A stretch of DNA of 63,509 bases, the filler included, from Octopus bimaculoides (lineage: Eukaryota): the NCBI RefSeq assembly GCF_001194135.2. It is 3 parts of 3 records of this genome, joined end to end, with 100 filler letters (N's around TTAATTAATTAA, not from the genome) between each part and the next. Parts side by side here need not be neighbours in the genome. Positions count along the whole stretch, not along the records: positions 13,104 to 34,694 come from NC_068992.1; positions 34,795 to 63,509 come from NC_069000.1; 1 more part is not named here. One strand, written 5' to 3'. The position numbers and the translations under genes were made by a program. The stretch's first letter is position 1. The number at the start of each line of letters is the position of its first letter. Shown one piece after another: positions 23,101 through 37,687 of the stretch. The notes beneath the pieces were generated by a model that saw only the letters and a program-made list of their open reading frames with translations, did not search any database and was not told the DNA's origin.

Positions 23101-23449
23101 TATGGTAGATACATGAGAAAAATAACAAAAACATTCCTAGAATATTCAATATTCCGAATAAAGGATTATATAGCTAGCAGTTGAACAAGATACAACATTC
23201 GCAACTATAGGCATAAAACATAGGCACAAACACGTTTAGCTACATCAGAAGACAACCCGTTTCCCTCAGCACATACAAACATGCACACACAAACACACAA
23301 ACACACGCACACATACACAAAAACGCATACGCACACACAAACACGCACACACGAACAAACACACGCACAAACACACACACGCACGCACACACACACACAC
23401 ACTCACACGCACAAACAACTATAATTTATGTATATTTTCTTTGCAATTT

Positions 23450-23605
23450 ACGAGGGTGTGCTGAAAATTTCCCGGATTTAAGGGTGTCGCGAAAGGCCTG
23501 ATTGTTGGCCCAGAATTCCGAGTTCTTTTACAGGTCTTAGAAAAACTGAAGAACCGCTACAATATGTGTGTGAATGTGGGAGGGGAATATCTTGAATATA
23601 ATCAT
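23450..23605 (+). mobile_element. Mariner-derived non-autonomous element
   Basis: TACGAGGG.GTGCTGAAAA terminus followed by transposase C-terminal-like sequence; a second copy is at 30706. Confidence 0.65.
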
Positions 23606-24269
23606 ATTCAATTTATCCTCCTGTATTTTCTTCTACTCAAAGTAAGGAATTTTCTGCACCGCTTCATGTGTATGTTTTTGTTTTGCTTCATTTATTACAA
23701 TTCTTCTTCACGGAGTTCCAGCGGGTCGGTAGCTAGACGTTCTGAGTTAAGACATTTCCCAGGAAGTATACATATTGGGTTGAGATTACGTATGCATCCA
23801 TGTAGGTCTATCCATCTGCACTTATACTCTGCATGAAAATATCTCTTTAGTACTTAAGTGTTTTTGCGCATGTGGGCTTATACAATTGTGGGTATGTGTG
23901 ATCACATAATTGTTTTATGCATATGTGTCTTTGTAGACGCACACAACCAAGTGTACTCATCTATTTATTTAAAGAATCTTTAATGAAATGTGTATGAAAT
24001 GTCTTACACATTTTTAGCCAATAGAATGGATTTAGGAGATGCGAGTGAGTTTGTTTTGCACTTTCTTAGAAAATCCTAGCATCTCTCCGCTTATGTGCAA
24101 ATCCATATGAATGTATGTATGTATGTATGTATGTATGTATGTATGTATATATATAATTGCTCAGTTTTATTTCATGATTTTTTGCCAATAGGAAAAGAGC
24201 TGGTTTCTAACCTAGATTCAAAGCTCTTTCATTGGAATTTCAACATCCAGAACAGGGTATTTTTGTTGG

Positions 24270-24300
<31 letters not shown>

Positions 24301-24577
24301 GTACAGATTTGTATGTTCTGCTTCATGCATGTATTCCCATGCATGTACTTGCATATCTAGAGATGCTCATATGTATATCTAAATGATAAACTTCTGGAAA
24401 GGTCTACAGATTTTTACAGTTCCAGGCATGGATTGGATTTGTAGTCTTCGAATTAGCTTTCTCCTTTCTGGTTTTCAGAAGCCTAATTTTTCAAGATCGA
24501 CATTTAAGCAGTGTGTATGCATATATGTATGTATGTATGAACGGATGGATGTCTGTGCATGTATGTATATAAGTGTG

Positions 24578-24620
<43 letters not shown>

Positions 24621-24670
24621 TATACTCTTTCTTCCGGCCATTTCATCATGTCGAACCGTTTATCTCAACA

Positions 24671-24727
<57 letters not shown>

Positions 24728-24902
24728 CCGTTTTTCTTTTCTGGATCCTTTCTGTCGAAGAGCGTAGGCTCAAAACGTCAAAGAATTTTGCATTCTTCCT
24801 CAGCGTTAAAATGGTAAAACTGGTGGTTGTTCCTTCAACTGTATTCATTTCTGTTCTGTAAATTTGAACTATATACTGACGCGCTCGTGCACACACATGC
24901 AC

Positions 24903-24935
<33 letters not shown>

Positions 24936-27900
24936 TGTATGTATGTATGTATGCATGCATGTATTGCCATCGATGTATTTAACACGCACAGAAATGTATA
25001 CTTCCATTCTAAGCCCCTCCACAACACATTCACGCATGCACACACACGCGCTTGCGCGTGAAAGACACTCTGATGTAGGTAAGTTCTTTATTGAGAGTCA
25101 ATCAAAGAATACACTTACATTGCCCTTCGGAAACAGAGTTGGATGGTAAATTTATGTAAGTTTGAAAGGGTCTATTAATGACCTGTAGAGAAGTGGATTT
25201 CTGGTTGAGCCTGACAGATCTCTTTGCGAGTCTGCAGTAGTGAGACGAACCGTAGAGATAGAGAACACTACATCAAGTTACGTTGACAGGCGTTGAGTAT
25301 GGATCGAGTCAGATCGACATGTTACATATTTGAACGTTTCTTGGTGATTGTTACAAATACTTAAGAACTGCAGATGAGCATCTTTCCGAAACCCCAGCCT
25401 GAGTTTAGATGATTTAGACAGCATTTTGAAGATGAAAGAAATTACGTATGCATGGAAAGAAAGTAAATGGTCAAGAGAACACGTAAATATTTAGCTTTAA
25501 AAGGAGAAAAGTGGCATATATTAGCGTAATACATGGGACATTGCCAGAGCAGATCTCTAAAACGAGAAGCGCTGCGTCAGATAAGGAAGTTGCTATTCTA
25601 CAAAGGTTTTTCAATATGCAACCATGTTCTATCTATTCTAAATCTGTAAGAAAAACAGAATATAAGGTCGCTATCAATCACATATTGATGAGCCAGACAA
25701 TTTTCGTATGAAAAATTTATGTGAACCGTATATGATCGAAATCATAGAAGTGGTAAACAATCTGGTAACGATTGGTTGTGTGAACAAGCTATAAACGGCA
25801 CTCTAAAGTGCCAGAATCTAGTGCCGAATTTATATAAAAAACTAATCGTGCCAGTTTATCTAAGAGTAATTATTTGCAACAAGATGCAACGTTCCATTTA
25901 TTTAAGTTGTTGTCCATTAGAGCAATTATCTTTTTCCTGTTTTAGTTATTAGACTGCGGCCATCTTGGAGAACCACCTTGAAGAATTTTGGCCGAATGAA
26001 TCGATCTCTGGGCTTTTTATTTTTTTTTAAACTCGTAATTATTATATCGGTCACATCAACATCAGTTATCAAGTGGTGGTGATGGAACGAATATAAGCGG
26101 AAAGACACGGACAATCAGACAGACAAACCGAGAGAGAAAGAGACAGACAGACAGACAAACACACATATATAATGTATATGCGACGCGCTTCTTTCAGTTT
26201 CCATTCATATAACTTTGGTTGCTTTGAAGCTATATTAGAAGGCATTTGCCCAAGGTGCTACGCATTGGGACTGAACCCGGAGACATGTAGTTGAGAAGGA
26301 ACGTCTTACCAACCATTCCTTCGCCTTACAGCATTCCGTAAGCGATCATGTCAAGTGAAAGAATCATAGACGGGCCAACAACTGGTCAATAATATCCATT
26401 ATGCCATTACCAAAGAACGAATGTTCATCAGCGAGTAAAGGAAATCATTCAGAGTCTTTGTTTATGCTGATGTGGCATGCAAAGTATGTAAACACCGAAT
26501 ATTTTGTGTAAAAATATCAAATAAAGAATATATATTTACTAAAATTGCTACTGGCATGTGTAAAGCTAAACCAAAGAAAACAATGTTTTTTTTAAACAAA
26601 TCTAATTTTACATTCACACAGTTTTGAGAGAAGTCGGAAAAATATTTACAGCACGCCTCCTAACATTTATTACTATTACACAAAGGTAAAATACACACAC
26701 AATAAAAATGTCCTCCAAAACAAAGAGACATTAATATTGATGATAGTGCTTTTGGTGAAGTCGATATTCATAATGATGATGATGATGATGATGGCAATGA
26801 TGATTTATCTTTTTTGTCTCTTTGCTTATTTGTCAAGTTAATCTACAAAATTTTACAGTGCATTTTGTGTTTTTATTTTATGGTATACTTTTACTTTTGA
26901 TGTTAATGCTTTGTCTGATGAATATCTTATATAACTATTTTCGCTTTAGGGAAGTTTATATCAGGTTAATGGTTAGCAGTTTTGTTTGTTTTTTCGCATT
27001 TGATTTTCAATCTATAACTATGTGAACGTAAAATATTGTAGTTAAGTTAAGCATGATGTCGGTTAAGAATATTGGAGAATCCAAATGTATGCTTGAGTAA
27101 TAGAAAACGATGTTTTTCAGCTGTTCTGTTAGTCATTTTTGAATATCATGCGTTTCAAATTCTAAGATTAGAAGTTGCACCAAATTGGTGGTTTTTTTTT
27201 ACATCATGCATAAATTAATTTTCTTACTTAATCTATATTATATAATTTACCAAGCAGCGTTAAGCTGAATGCAATTTCATCTAAGATTTTTAGTCACAAA
27301 TAATCCTATAAGTCATAAAGTAGCTGTTAAGGTATTAATGCAAATCATATTGGACTTTCTCTATGGTGTATTTTGGTTTACAGTAAACTGGAAAGTGATA
27401 GACGTGTTTCAAATTGTGTTAGTTCTGTTGCACTCGTTGACCAAAATTGATCTTTATGATGTGTATTATCAAGTATACTGGTCACACCATCTGGCACGAA
27501 AGGTTTGGGAGCGTTCAATAAACTGATCACAATAACTATTGTACAAGGTGGTCCATAGATAGGTTTACAGTTATCACGTTGGCACTTCAAATGCAGATCT
27601 TTCTACTTCAAACCAATCAATCTTGTTATAGAAATGGTTCCTTCTTTAAGACAAGCAAGCTGAGGCAGAATGTGTACAGATATTCTCAGACATAACACAA
27701 AGAGAGAATGGAATCATAACACGAGTATTAGAGCCAGTGGTCATTGGAGAAACATCTGACATTCTAATAGCTCATCTTTCTTAACCATATCACAAATAAG
27801 CCATTGTTTGGCAATTCTTCAACTCTGTCTTCGGAGTTAAATTCCTGTTATTATTTTAAGCTCTTATCATAAGAAAATATATAATTAAAAACAAAGTAAA

Positions 27901-28217
27901 CGATAATTCATTTTATTGGAATCTTCTTTTGTTTATTTTTTAATCTATTTCTCGTGTTTAAACCTCGCCTCTGATTGCATTGCTGAAAAATACAATCTCA
28001 ACATATTTATTCATCTACTGTGGCAAATATCAATATTTTTTCAATTATAAAATCATACTTGATAGAGACAAACATTAGTTGAACCTATAACATAAATAAA
28101 CGATTTTAGTGAAGGCTGTCAACCGCCTAATCCTAATGGTATTAAAACTCTAGCAGCTTAAGTTGTGGGATTGGCAGAATGAAATTCATCTCCACGATTT
28201 TACGATAGGCTTCAAGA

Positions 28218-28251
<34 letters not shown>

Positions 28252-28811
28252 CGGCATGTGTGCTGGGCTCGCGTCTATATTTGTGCGATATGCAGAATGA
28301 CATAAAATAAATACATGAATACATAATTATGTTATATTTATTTTCAGGGCAAAGCAAATTGATAAATTTCTGTTTTTTTTTCTTTAAATAATACTTAAGG
28401 GCACTACCTCAGAAGCGTGTTCTCTATATCAAATACAAATATAGCGGTGTCTCGGATGTTTAATACAATCAATGAAAAACATCAGTTTGAAATTACTCNN
28501 NNNNNNNNNNNNNNNNNNNNNNNNNNNNNNNNNNNNNNNNNNNNNNNNNNNNNNNNNNNNATATATATATATATATATATAAACTATACCGATAATTTCT
28601 ATAGAATGTAGCTGTTTACAGGCATAGGAGTGGTTGTGTGGAGAGAAGCGTGCTTCCAAATCACATGAAAGATAAGCTATTAGAGTGACAGCTGTTTCTC
28701 TAATGACCACTGGCTCTATTACCCAGGTTATAATTCCAGTTACTCTTTATTGTGTTCTGTCCTAGCATCTCTGCACACACTCTCCCTTCGGAGTTCATAG
28801 TAAATGTTTTG

Positions 28812-28991
28812 AATAGGATTTGATTGGTCGGGTATAGTCACATGACGGGTCTTTCAGAGCATTGATTGTTTGTCAGCCTTAATTTACGACGCCAAACATT
28901 GTCACTTGATACTAACACACGGAGGTAGTGGGGAACTTACAACATTTGTAAGACCAGTCATGTGATTGTCTCCTACCAATCAAATCCTATT
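28812..28991. mobile_element. 180-bp MITE-like element with about 35-bp TIRs
   Basis: AATAGGATTTGATTGGTCGGGTATAGTCACATGAC (28812-28846) pairs with GTCATGTGATTGTCTCCTACCAATCAAATCCTATT (28957-28991). Confidence 0.8.
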
Positions 28992-30705
28992 AAAAAAATG
29001 TAGCGTCTTTAATAAAAAAAAACAAACAAAACAATGAATGAAGATAAAGTATACGCTGTTGAACGAATTTTGTCTATAAATCTAGTTGAATCCTCAAGTA
29101 ATTTATTATTATCATCGTAATATAGCTAACAAATTATTATAAAATAGAAGTAGAATATATATTTGACAGAAACTTATTAAGGTAGCGGTTGTGTCTGCTG
29201 CTTCTGTTACTTAAATTCCGTTGCAATTATCTTTGTTGCTACTGCTGCGGTGTACTCTATATCATTATAATTAGAAAACTAAAGCGGTTTCTTGCATATG
29301 AATCACTATTTAACAAGAATCTATTTCCACAATGAAATAGTGAAAAATTAACGTTGTATTATATTGACTATATATTGTAAGATATTTAGAAAATGATATT
29401 AAAGATCATAATTAATTTCCAAATACAAAATGATTCAAGTATTAAAATAATATAGCATATTCTTCCATGGAAATAAATTTAAGTATAATAAGATTAATAA
29501 AAGATCAAAGATATTATGTTAAATTAAATTAAATTAAATCTATCACGTAATTATCAGTTATAATAATTGATTGATGTATACATGTATAAAGGATAATGAA
29601 ATGTAATGCAACACTAACTGGAGACGCACGAATTAGCGTTGAATGAAGTATATATGCATGCAATCATGTTACACATTTGTACACACACGAACGTGGTAAC
29701 ATTTTTCGCTGCTGTTATAGTCTCGTGAGGAAAATTGTCGCAATCGAGAATAAATGTGAAAACACATAATTGCTCTGTGAATAACATCATCGATTCATAG
29801 GATGCATGAGTTCTGTGTGGATACACTTCACCAGCAATGAATATTGAATAAGTCGTTTACAGCCCTATACTAAGGGGTGTTCTTATTTACAAGAAGAGAC
29901 TGTAAAATTACTGATGTGAGCAAAGCGTGTTGAAACTAAAACAAATAGTCTGGGGCCGCACGAAGCAGCGTTGAATGCAATATATAAGTGTACACGTATT
30001 TAATGCATTAACTGGTTCGTGCACACCTAGATGCTGTGTTTTCGTATTTTTGTTCACAAATATTATCGATGATGGAAAATTTCTCATAAGACTACATTCG
30101 AAATATTGGATGTATATATTCTACAAGGTATTAATTAATTTGCTTTGCCAACCAGGAGATGTAAAGCGTTTTGCTGAAGAATCAAGCATAATTCCTTTTG
30201 CACTGGAGCCATAAGTGTCACATAACACTTTGAAAATATTTTATCAATAATGACATTTTTTTTCTTTTGATTAATGCCAAAAATGCATCGGTGCAATTCT
30301 ATAATTTGGCAAACCATAATGAAAACAGTTTGTTCAATCCTCCTCGAAAGTTCCGGAAAAGAGACGTTAGTATAATTACAAAGCAAGAAAGTACTCATAT
30401 GGATAGAAATATATCGCAAATCATTGTCTAAAATCCTAAATATAAAATAATACAATTTTGTACCATTCTATGATTCTATTCTTCTATTGAAGAGCATACT
30501 CCTCCGTAAAATCCAAATTCTACTCGCTCGCCACACAACCTTGGTGATATTTATGCATCAACAAAGTGGGAACCCTGTAAAACTCTTGCAGTTTTAATGG
30601 TACCCAGTCACACGGGACCAGGTACACTTCAGTGCGTTCGACGGTGATGTAGTACCTATGTTTACATCATCAACACCACGATTGATACAGACCGCTAGTC
30701 ATATA

Positions 30706-30860
30706 CCACGGGGTGCTGAAACGTTCCTGGCTTTAAAGGTATCGTGAAAGGCTAGGCCGGAAGCCCACACCTCCGAGTTCTTTTACGGGCGTAGGAAATC
30801 TGAAGAACCACTGTATAAGGGCATGAGTTTGAGAGGGAAATACGTTCAATAAAATCGTAA
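30706..30860 (+). mobile_element. Mariner-derived non-autonomous element, second copy
   Basis: Collinear with 23450-23605 (GTGCTGAAA...CCGAGTTCTTTTAC.GG...CTGAAGAACC). Confidence 0.65.
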
Positions 30861-31558
30861 TTAACTAATCTTCCTGTATATTCTTTTACCCAAAGCCAGA
30901 GATTTTGAGCACCCTCTCGTAACCACATCGGACAAAGTGTTTTTTGCTACACATCTATTAATATCATATTGTGCATCATTTGCAATTATGCAATTTATGG
31001 TGTCCTTTATATTGGAGAAGAGTTTCATCACATCATTGATACGTTTTGTGAAGATACAACATATACGAGACCAACAACTTTGTCTTCCACTATAACTCTA
31101 TTACCTACCTGTCAGTGACTAGCACATCTGCTTTCCATGGATCCGCACACACAAGGAGTCAGTAAGAAAAATGTTCCATATTCAAATATAGAATCCTGGC
31201 ACCGATTGGCTTAAATAAACGTCTTTCATTCTAGTTTTAAATTTTTCTGAAGAAAGTAATCTTGGCGTCATCCTTTAACGCTTTCATTACTTTCCGACCA
31301 CCTTATCTTACGAAGAATCTCATTTTTTAAAAATTCTTCTTCCTTTCTTTTACTGTCAGCAGATTTTCTCTCCTGATACTTATGCCCTGTCAAATTGATT
31401 TCCTTTCTCTCTGAGCGTCTGATCAAACATTCAGAATGCAAAATACATCTGTTTTTCAATTTGGGTCCCTGTCATCTCAACCCATACAAATGAATTTATT
31501 GGAAATGTTGGACGCTCGATACCCCACTGCACTACTTCTTTATACTTGCTCTCAATAT

Positions 31559-31592
<34 letters not shown>

Positions 31593-31614
31593 TGTATGTA
31601 TGTATGTATGTATG

Positions 31615-31669
<55 letters not shown>

Positions 31670-32588
31670 ATATCTATCTATCTACCTTCCTAGCTAGCTA
31701 GCTATTTGTCTATCTATAGATGTATGTATGTACGCATGCATGTATGTAGGTATGTATTTATCTAGCTACCTATCTATCGATGTATGCATGTGTGTACGCA
31801 TTTAAGTATGTATGTATCTATCTATCTACCTTCCTAGCTAGCTAGGTATGTGCATGCTCGTTTGTGGTTGTGTATGTATAGTGTATGGATGTACACGTTC
31901 ATGGGCGTGTATGTGTATGGTTGTGAGTGTAAATTTGTGTATGAATTTTGTTTGGCGATTTTCTTTATTACTACATACTACTATAACTGTTCAGCACAAA
32001 GTGATTAAGATTTTCTGTAATACTTGAACAAAATAGGCCGTTACAACATCAACAACGTGTCCAATTCATTGTTCAAAACATATTTGCTTATGCATCAGAA
32101 AATTCGATATTGTTTATCTTCAATTATCTCATAGATTTAATTCCTTATACTTGATACTTCACATATATTATATCCTATACATTATGGTATCTCGCTCTCG
32201 TTATACATTTATCATACATATATCGAAGTGCTGGGGAGCATTTTATTGAAAACTATTGTGTTCATAACGTACGGTAATATATAACATATAACTTATAACA
32301 TATATACTACATTACACGTGCTTACGCTGTCAAATCTTACGAATATTAACGAATGAAAAATATACTTATTAAAATAATTCCTCTAAGTACAATAAGAAAT
32401 TTGTAATAAGATGGAAACTATTACAGTTAATGTCTAAGTATAAAAAAGAGAATGCAAATATATATTTGGTTAGAAATCATTTGTCGAAAGATTAACGATT
32501 GGCGAATAGCTATCAACTGACACATGAATTTGATTATTTTAATTCTTATTCATCTCTGCCTTCAATGAAGGCTTTCAGGCAATACATA

Positions 32589-32977
32589 TTGTTGTTGTCG
32601 GCACTCCGTCGCTTGCGACGTTGAGGGTTCCAGTTGATCCGATCAACGGAACAGCCTGCTCGTGAAATTAATGTGCAAATGGCTGAGCACTCCACAGACA
32701 CGTGTACCCTTAACGTAGTTCTCGGGGAAATTCAGCGTGACACAGTGTGAAAGGCTGGCTCTTTGAAATACAGGTACAACAGAAACAGGAAGAAAGAGTG
32801 AGAGAAAGTTGTGGTGAAAGAGTACAGTAGGGTTCGCCACCATCTCCTGCCGGAGCCTCGTGGAGCTTTAGGTGTTTTCGCTCAATAAACACTCACAACG
32901 CCCGGTCTGGGAATCGAAACTGCGATCCGGTGACCACAAGTCCGCTGCCCTAACCATTGGGCCATTTCACCTCCACC
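32589..32977 (-). mobile_element. SINE family C (tRNA-like head, (CAA)n tail), full length with TSD
   Basis: 12-bp TSD AGGCAATACATA at 32577-32588 and 32978-32989. Confidence 0.92.
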
Positions 32978-34738
32978 AGGCAATACATAATAAACCTACA
33001 TTTATAAGACTGTTTTTGATGTTGACGGAATATTTAAAACGTAGAGCATAAAATGCGACCAACAAAATGTAAGTATACATTGTACGAGTTTAAAGGCAAG
33101 GTTTACTAAGATACATTTCATTTTTCAAAACTTAATACAATTGAAATTTTTATGAACGCTCCTTTTCGACTTGAAGGCAATTCTTATGACGCTACTGCTA
33201 ATAACATCGAGTGATGGAACTGCAATCATCAAGAAACATTTCGTTCGGCATTTGTGTGCACTCTCACTGAATGGCTGACTCCAATTCTTCGATAGTTGTT
33301 TTTTTTTTTTTAATGTTAACTTCATCTAAAATAGTCAGTATAGTGTTGTGAGTACCACAAAATTCGGATGGTATTCTACTGAACTTCTTCGTCCAATCCA
33401 CTTGTTTGGAATAATCTCTTCGAAGCAGCCCTTTACTAAAGTCACGATTCTTTGGTAGTATCAGTATGACTTCTCTCCAAAAACCTAATGAATGACTGGC
33501 ACGGAGAACTGTCGCAGCATATTCAAGTAAATGGCATCAATGACAGTAACATGAAAATAATGGCCGAACTTGCCCTTTTACTGAAAAGACGTACTGGTAC
33601 TATAACTCCATAATATAAAAATCATAGGTATCCAAGTAATTGCAGTTATAGGAGTTGATTGAGCCATTACATTTAAATGCAGCATAATCACTCCGAACAA
33701 TATTTGTTGTAAAGTGTTCATAAAAAAAACCCTGCGAAAAAAAAAAAAAAGAACTGCTACTCCATCGGAACAGCCTTGCTCGAGAAATAAATTAACCTGC
33801 ATGTGGGTGAGCACGCCACTAACACGCGTACCATTAACATAGTTCTCAGGGATATTCAGCGTGATTCATGAAATACAATTTTGCCAGCTGAGATTACGGT
33901 TGCAAATAAAGTGAAATAAAGTTTCTTGCTTGAGGACATAATGTGCCACCGAGTATCATAGTCACAACCTTACGAACGCGTTTCGAATACCTTAATTACT
34001 AACGGATGCACCTTCACTCAAAGTGTGCATCAAAAACGTACCTTCCAGTCAATCGCAAAACTCCATTCTTCATCCGCAGTGCGAAAATGGATCTTTCCAA
34101 TGGCAGTGCCTCAAAAGGAGATAAACACCTGATTTTGAAATACCCGCTTTCACGACTAACTTGACGTACGAATTTTCTTAAAATATGGTACATCTGTTTT
34201 TAATATTCTACATTGCATTGTGGGGTTCATAGATGTTTGCCGTTAGTTCCGTCAAATCAAAATTATTTTAAATTCGAATGCTGGTAAATAACGAAGGTTC
34301 ATATATTTGAGAGTCCTTGCATTGTGACTGCAAACATCTAGTTTCAATTTAGTATAAATTTCTTTCGTTCAAAAATCTTAATCCATTTATAATGGATTAA
34401 ATCTTAAAAGACATGAGAAATGAAACGTGTGATTACAACTGTTACGTGCGTATTCATTTCTTTTGGACATCGTGCGCGGAGTACAAGATGTGGTTTTAGC
34501 CGGATTTAGTGTCTGTCTCTAGCATGTTGGTGTTTATCAGCACCCTTTATTATAATTATTTCTATATAACTATATGGTCTTTATTTCACGCTGGTCACTT
34601 GCTAAAATCTCTATAATAATTTTATCCTTAATTATGTATTAATAGATAATTAATTAATTATCATTATTATATATATATATATATATATATATATNNNNNN
34701 NNNNNNNNNNNNNNNNNNNNNNNNNNNNNNNNNNNNNN

Positions 34739-34750
34739 TTAATTAATTAA
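34739..34750. other. Artificial six-frame-stop scaffold linker
   Basis: TTAATTAATTAA between two runs of 44 N, identical in layout to 13048. Confidence 0.9.
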
Positions 34751-34820
34751 NNNNNNNNNNNNNNNNNNNNNNNNNNNNNNNNNNNNNNNNNNNNACCCGT
34801 GTATATATATATTGATATAT

Positions 34821-34884
<64 letters not shown>

Positions 34885-34989
34885 GCGCAGGAGTGGCAAT
34901 GTGGTATATTGTGAATGTTGTCAAGGAACCGTAGGTAACCCCAAATATTTTTGTTTTCTGTGTGGGTTCATGGTATATCAATGTTATTG

Positions 34990-35430
34990 ATTGCGATGGC
35001 TGTTAGAATTTCATGTTCCTGGGTATTTCTATAAGAAGGATAACAATGGATTTGAAAGGCACTGTTTTAATTTAAGTGTGTTCCTTTAGAGGCTTCTAAA
35101 TTATATGGGGCTCAGATGATTGTGCAGCAATGTAGGAAGTATGTAGGAGTCATACCATCTGCATATGAAGCTGTGTATATGATCTGAAAGTATGTGAGAT
35201 TGTCCTGTAGGCATAAGTTGAGAAGACTACGTAGTAGTACGGATTTCTATAATACTTCATCTAAGAAATTGCGAGGTCTGGCTCTGGTGCTTTTGTACGC
35301 TACAAAGGATTTGCTAGGCGAAAGCTTTGCTGCTGCTGATGAAGACAGTCAGAACAGTTTGTGTGGGAGGTCATCATTTTTTCTAACCATCATTCTTTAT
35401 GGTAGAGTTATCAGTAATATGGTGGCTTAG
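34990..35430 (-). mobile_element. Heavily decayed LINE reverse transcriptase remnant
   Basis: Minus strand reads YTASYADGMT near 35150-35180, a degenerate YADD motif; many stops surround it. Confidence 0.35.
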
Positions 35431-35473
35431 TCCAGTCATTTCAAGCCGAGTCGTGATTTCGAAAGGGCATAGT

Positions 35474-35845
35474 TGTTGGCACTCCGTCGCTTGCGACGCC
35501 GAGGGTTCCAGTTGATCCGATCAACGGAACAGCCTGCTCGTGAAATTAACGTGCAAGGGGCTGAGCACTCCACAGACACGTGTACTCTTAACGTAGTTCT
35601 CGGGGATATTCAGCGTGACAAGGCTGGCCCTTTGAAATACAGACACAACAGAAACAGGAAGTAAGAGTGAGAGAAAGTTGTGGTGGAAGAGTACAGCAGG
35701 GTTCTCCACCATCTCCTGCCGGAGCCTCGTGGAGCTTTAGGTGTTTTCGCTCAATAAACACTCACAACGCCCGGTTGGGAATCGAAACTGCGATCCTATG
35801 ACCGCGAGTACGCTGCCCTAACCACTGGACCATTGCGCCTCCACA
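35474..35845 (-). mobile_element. SINE family C, full length with TSD
   Basis: 13-bp TSD GAAAGGGCATAGT at 35461-35473 and 35846-35858. Confidence 0.92.
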
Positions 35846-36442
35846 GAAAGGGCATAGTATATGTCAGGAATATCAAGAATTTGCCTTTCTAGAATTTTAT
35901 TTAGAATTTACATGAAAGGGTGATTGCTGATTTCCTCAGGTTTTAGAATTGTTATGATTTTGTTTCGCTACCACAGTCTAGGAATTTATTCCATCAGTCA
36001 CTTTTACCAAACTATTGAGTTACGGCAACGTAAACAAACAAATACCGGTTATCAAGCGGTGTATTATTTTTTTCTGTGGTGTGGCGCAAGTTAGAGACTG
36101 ATTTTCGAGCAAATTAGGCAGAATATTTTTCGTCTCAGTGTCTCAGGTTTTGTGTGAAAAAATCTGAATGTGTCAAGTGCGAATCCATGCTTTTGGGAAA
36201 AGAAAGAAAAATAATAACGATACTTCCTGCTTTATCAAATCCGTTCATACTGTTGTTGTCGTTGTTGTATTCGTTGCCATCGTTATTATAGCTATTGTGT
36301 TCTCCTGTACTTGTATAGAGTTGTACAGCGCCAGATCAAACTTGATCCAGCAGGCTTATGATACGCAAGTAGGCGGCTAAACGTCGATGAGCGACCCAGA
36401 AATCCATTTACGCTACCCAGATGAAGACCATACTGCACACAT

Positions 36443-36815
36443 TGGTTTCAAATTTTAGCTCAAGGGCTCCCAATTTCGGGGGTGGGGAAAAGTCGATCAC
36501 ATCGACCCCCAGTTCTCATCTGGTGCTTATTTTAATGACCTCGTGAGAATGGAAGGCAAAATCAATCTCGGCTGAACTTGAACTCAGAACGCCAAGAGAG
36601 ACGAAACGCTGCTAAGCATTTTGCCCGGCCTGCTAACGATTCTTTTCTATTATAGGCACAAGGCCTGAAATTTGGGGGAGAGGGATAGTCGATTTCATCG
36701 ACCCCAGTGCGTAACTGATACTTATTTCATCGACCCTGAAAGGATGAAATGCAAAGTCGACCTCGGCGGAATTTGAACTCAGAACATTGCGACGGGCGAA
36801 ATACCGCTAAGTATT
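36443..36815 (-). mobile_element. Two tandem SINE family A copies
   Basis: Two successive reverse-complement cores (GGAAGGCAAAATCAATCTCGG and GAAATGCAAAGTCGACCTCGG). Confidence 0.8.
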
Positions 36816-36825
36816 CCATCTAGCA

Positions 36826-37001
36826 GAAGTGGCTGTGTGGTAAGTAGCTTGCTTACCAATCACATGGTTCCGGGTTCAGTCCCACCGCGTGGCACCTTGG
36901 GTAAGTGTCTTCTACTATAGCCTCGGGCCGACCAAAACCTTGTGAGTAGATTTGGTAGACGGAAACTGAAAGAAGCCCGTCGTATATGTGTATATATATA
37001 T
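36826..37001 (+). mobile_element. SINE family B, 5' half running into an N gap
   Basis: Head and CORE-like motif are present; the sequence breaks at the internal (TA)n. Confidence 0.85.
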
Positions 37002-37647
37002 NNNNNNNNNNNNNNNNNNNNNNNNNNNNNNNNNNNNNNNNNNNNNNNNNNNNNNNNNNNNNNNNNNNNNNNNNNNNNNNNNNNNNNNNNNNNNNNNNNN
37101 NNNNNNNNNNNNNNNNNNNNNNNNNNNNNNNNNNNNNNNNNNNNNNNNNNNNNNNNNNNNNNNNNNNNNNNNNNNNNNNNNNNNNNNNNNNNNNNNNNNN
37201 NNNNNNNNNNNNNNNNNNNNNNNNNNNNNNNNNNNNNNNNNNNNNNNNNNNNNNNNNNNNNNNNNNNNNNNNNNNNNNNNNNNNNNNNNNNNNNNNNNNN
37301 NNNNNNNNNNNNNNNNNNNNNNNNNNNNNNNNNNNNNNNNNNNNNNNNNNNNNNNNNNNNNNNNNNNNNNNNNNNNNNNNNNNNNNNNNNNNNNNNNNNN
37401 NNNNNNNNNNNNNNNNNNNCATGCGAAATTGTAGCAGCTGTCACTCTGAGGTCACTCTGAGGTCATTCACACATATTGAAAAAATGATCCTCTGACCATT
37501 CTACATAGTTCGATCGGTAGTGAACCCGAGACCACTTTGTCTTCCTTAATGACATATTCAAGATTTCTAAATTTGGAGTGTTTGTCAATTTTTAAGACGT
37601 GTGTGAGAGAGTTGGTGTGAGAGAGTTGGTGTGAGAGTGCGTGTTTG

Positions 37648-37687
<40 letters not shown>

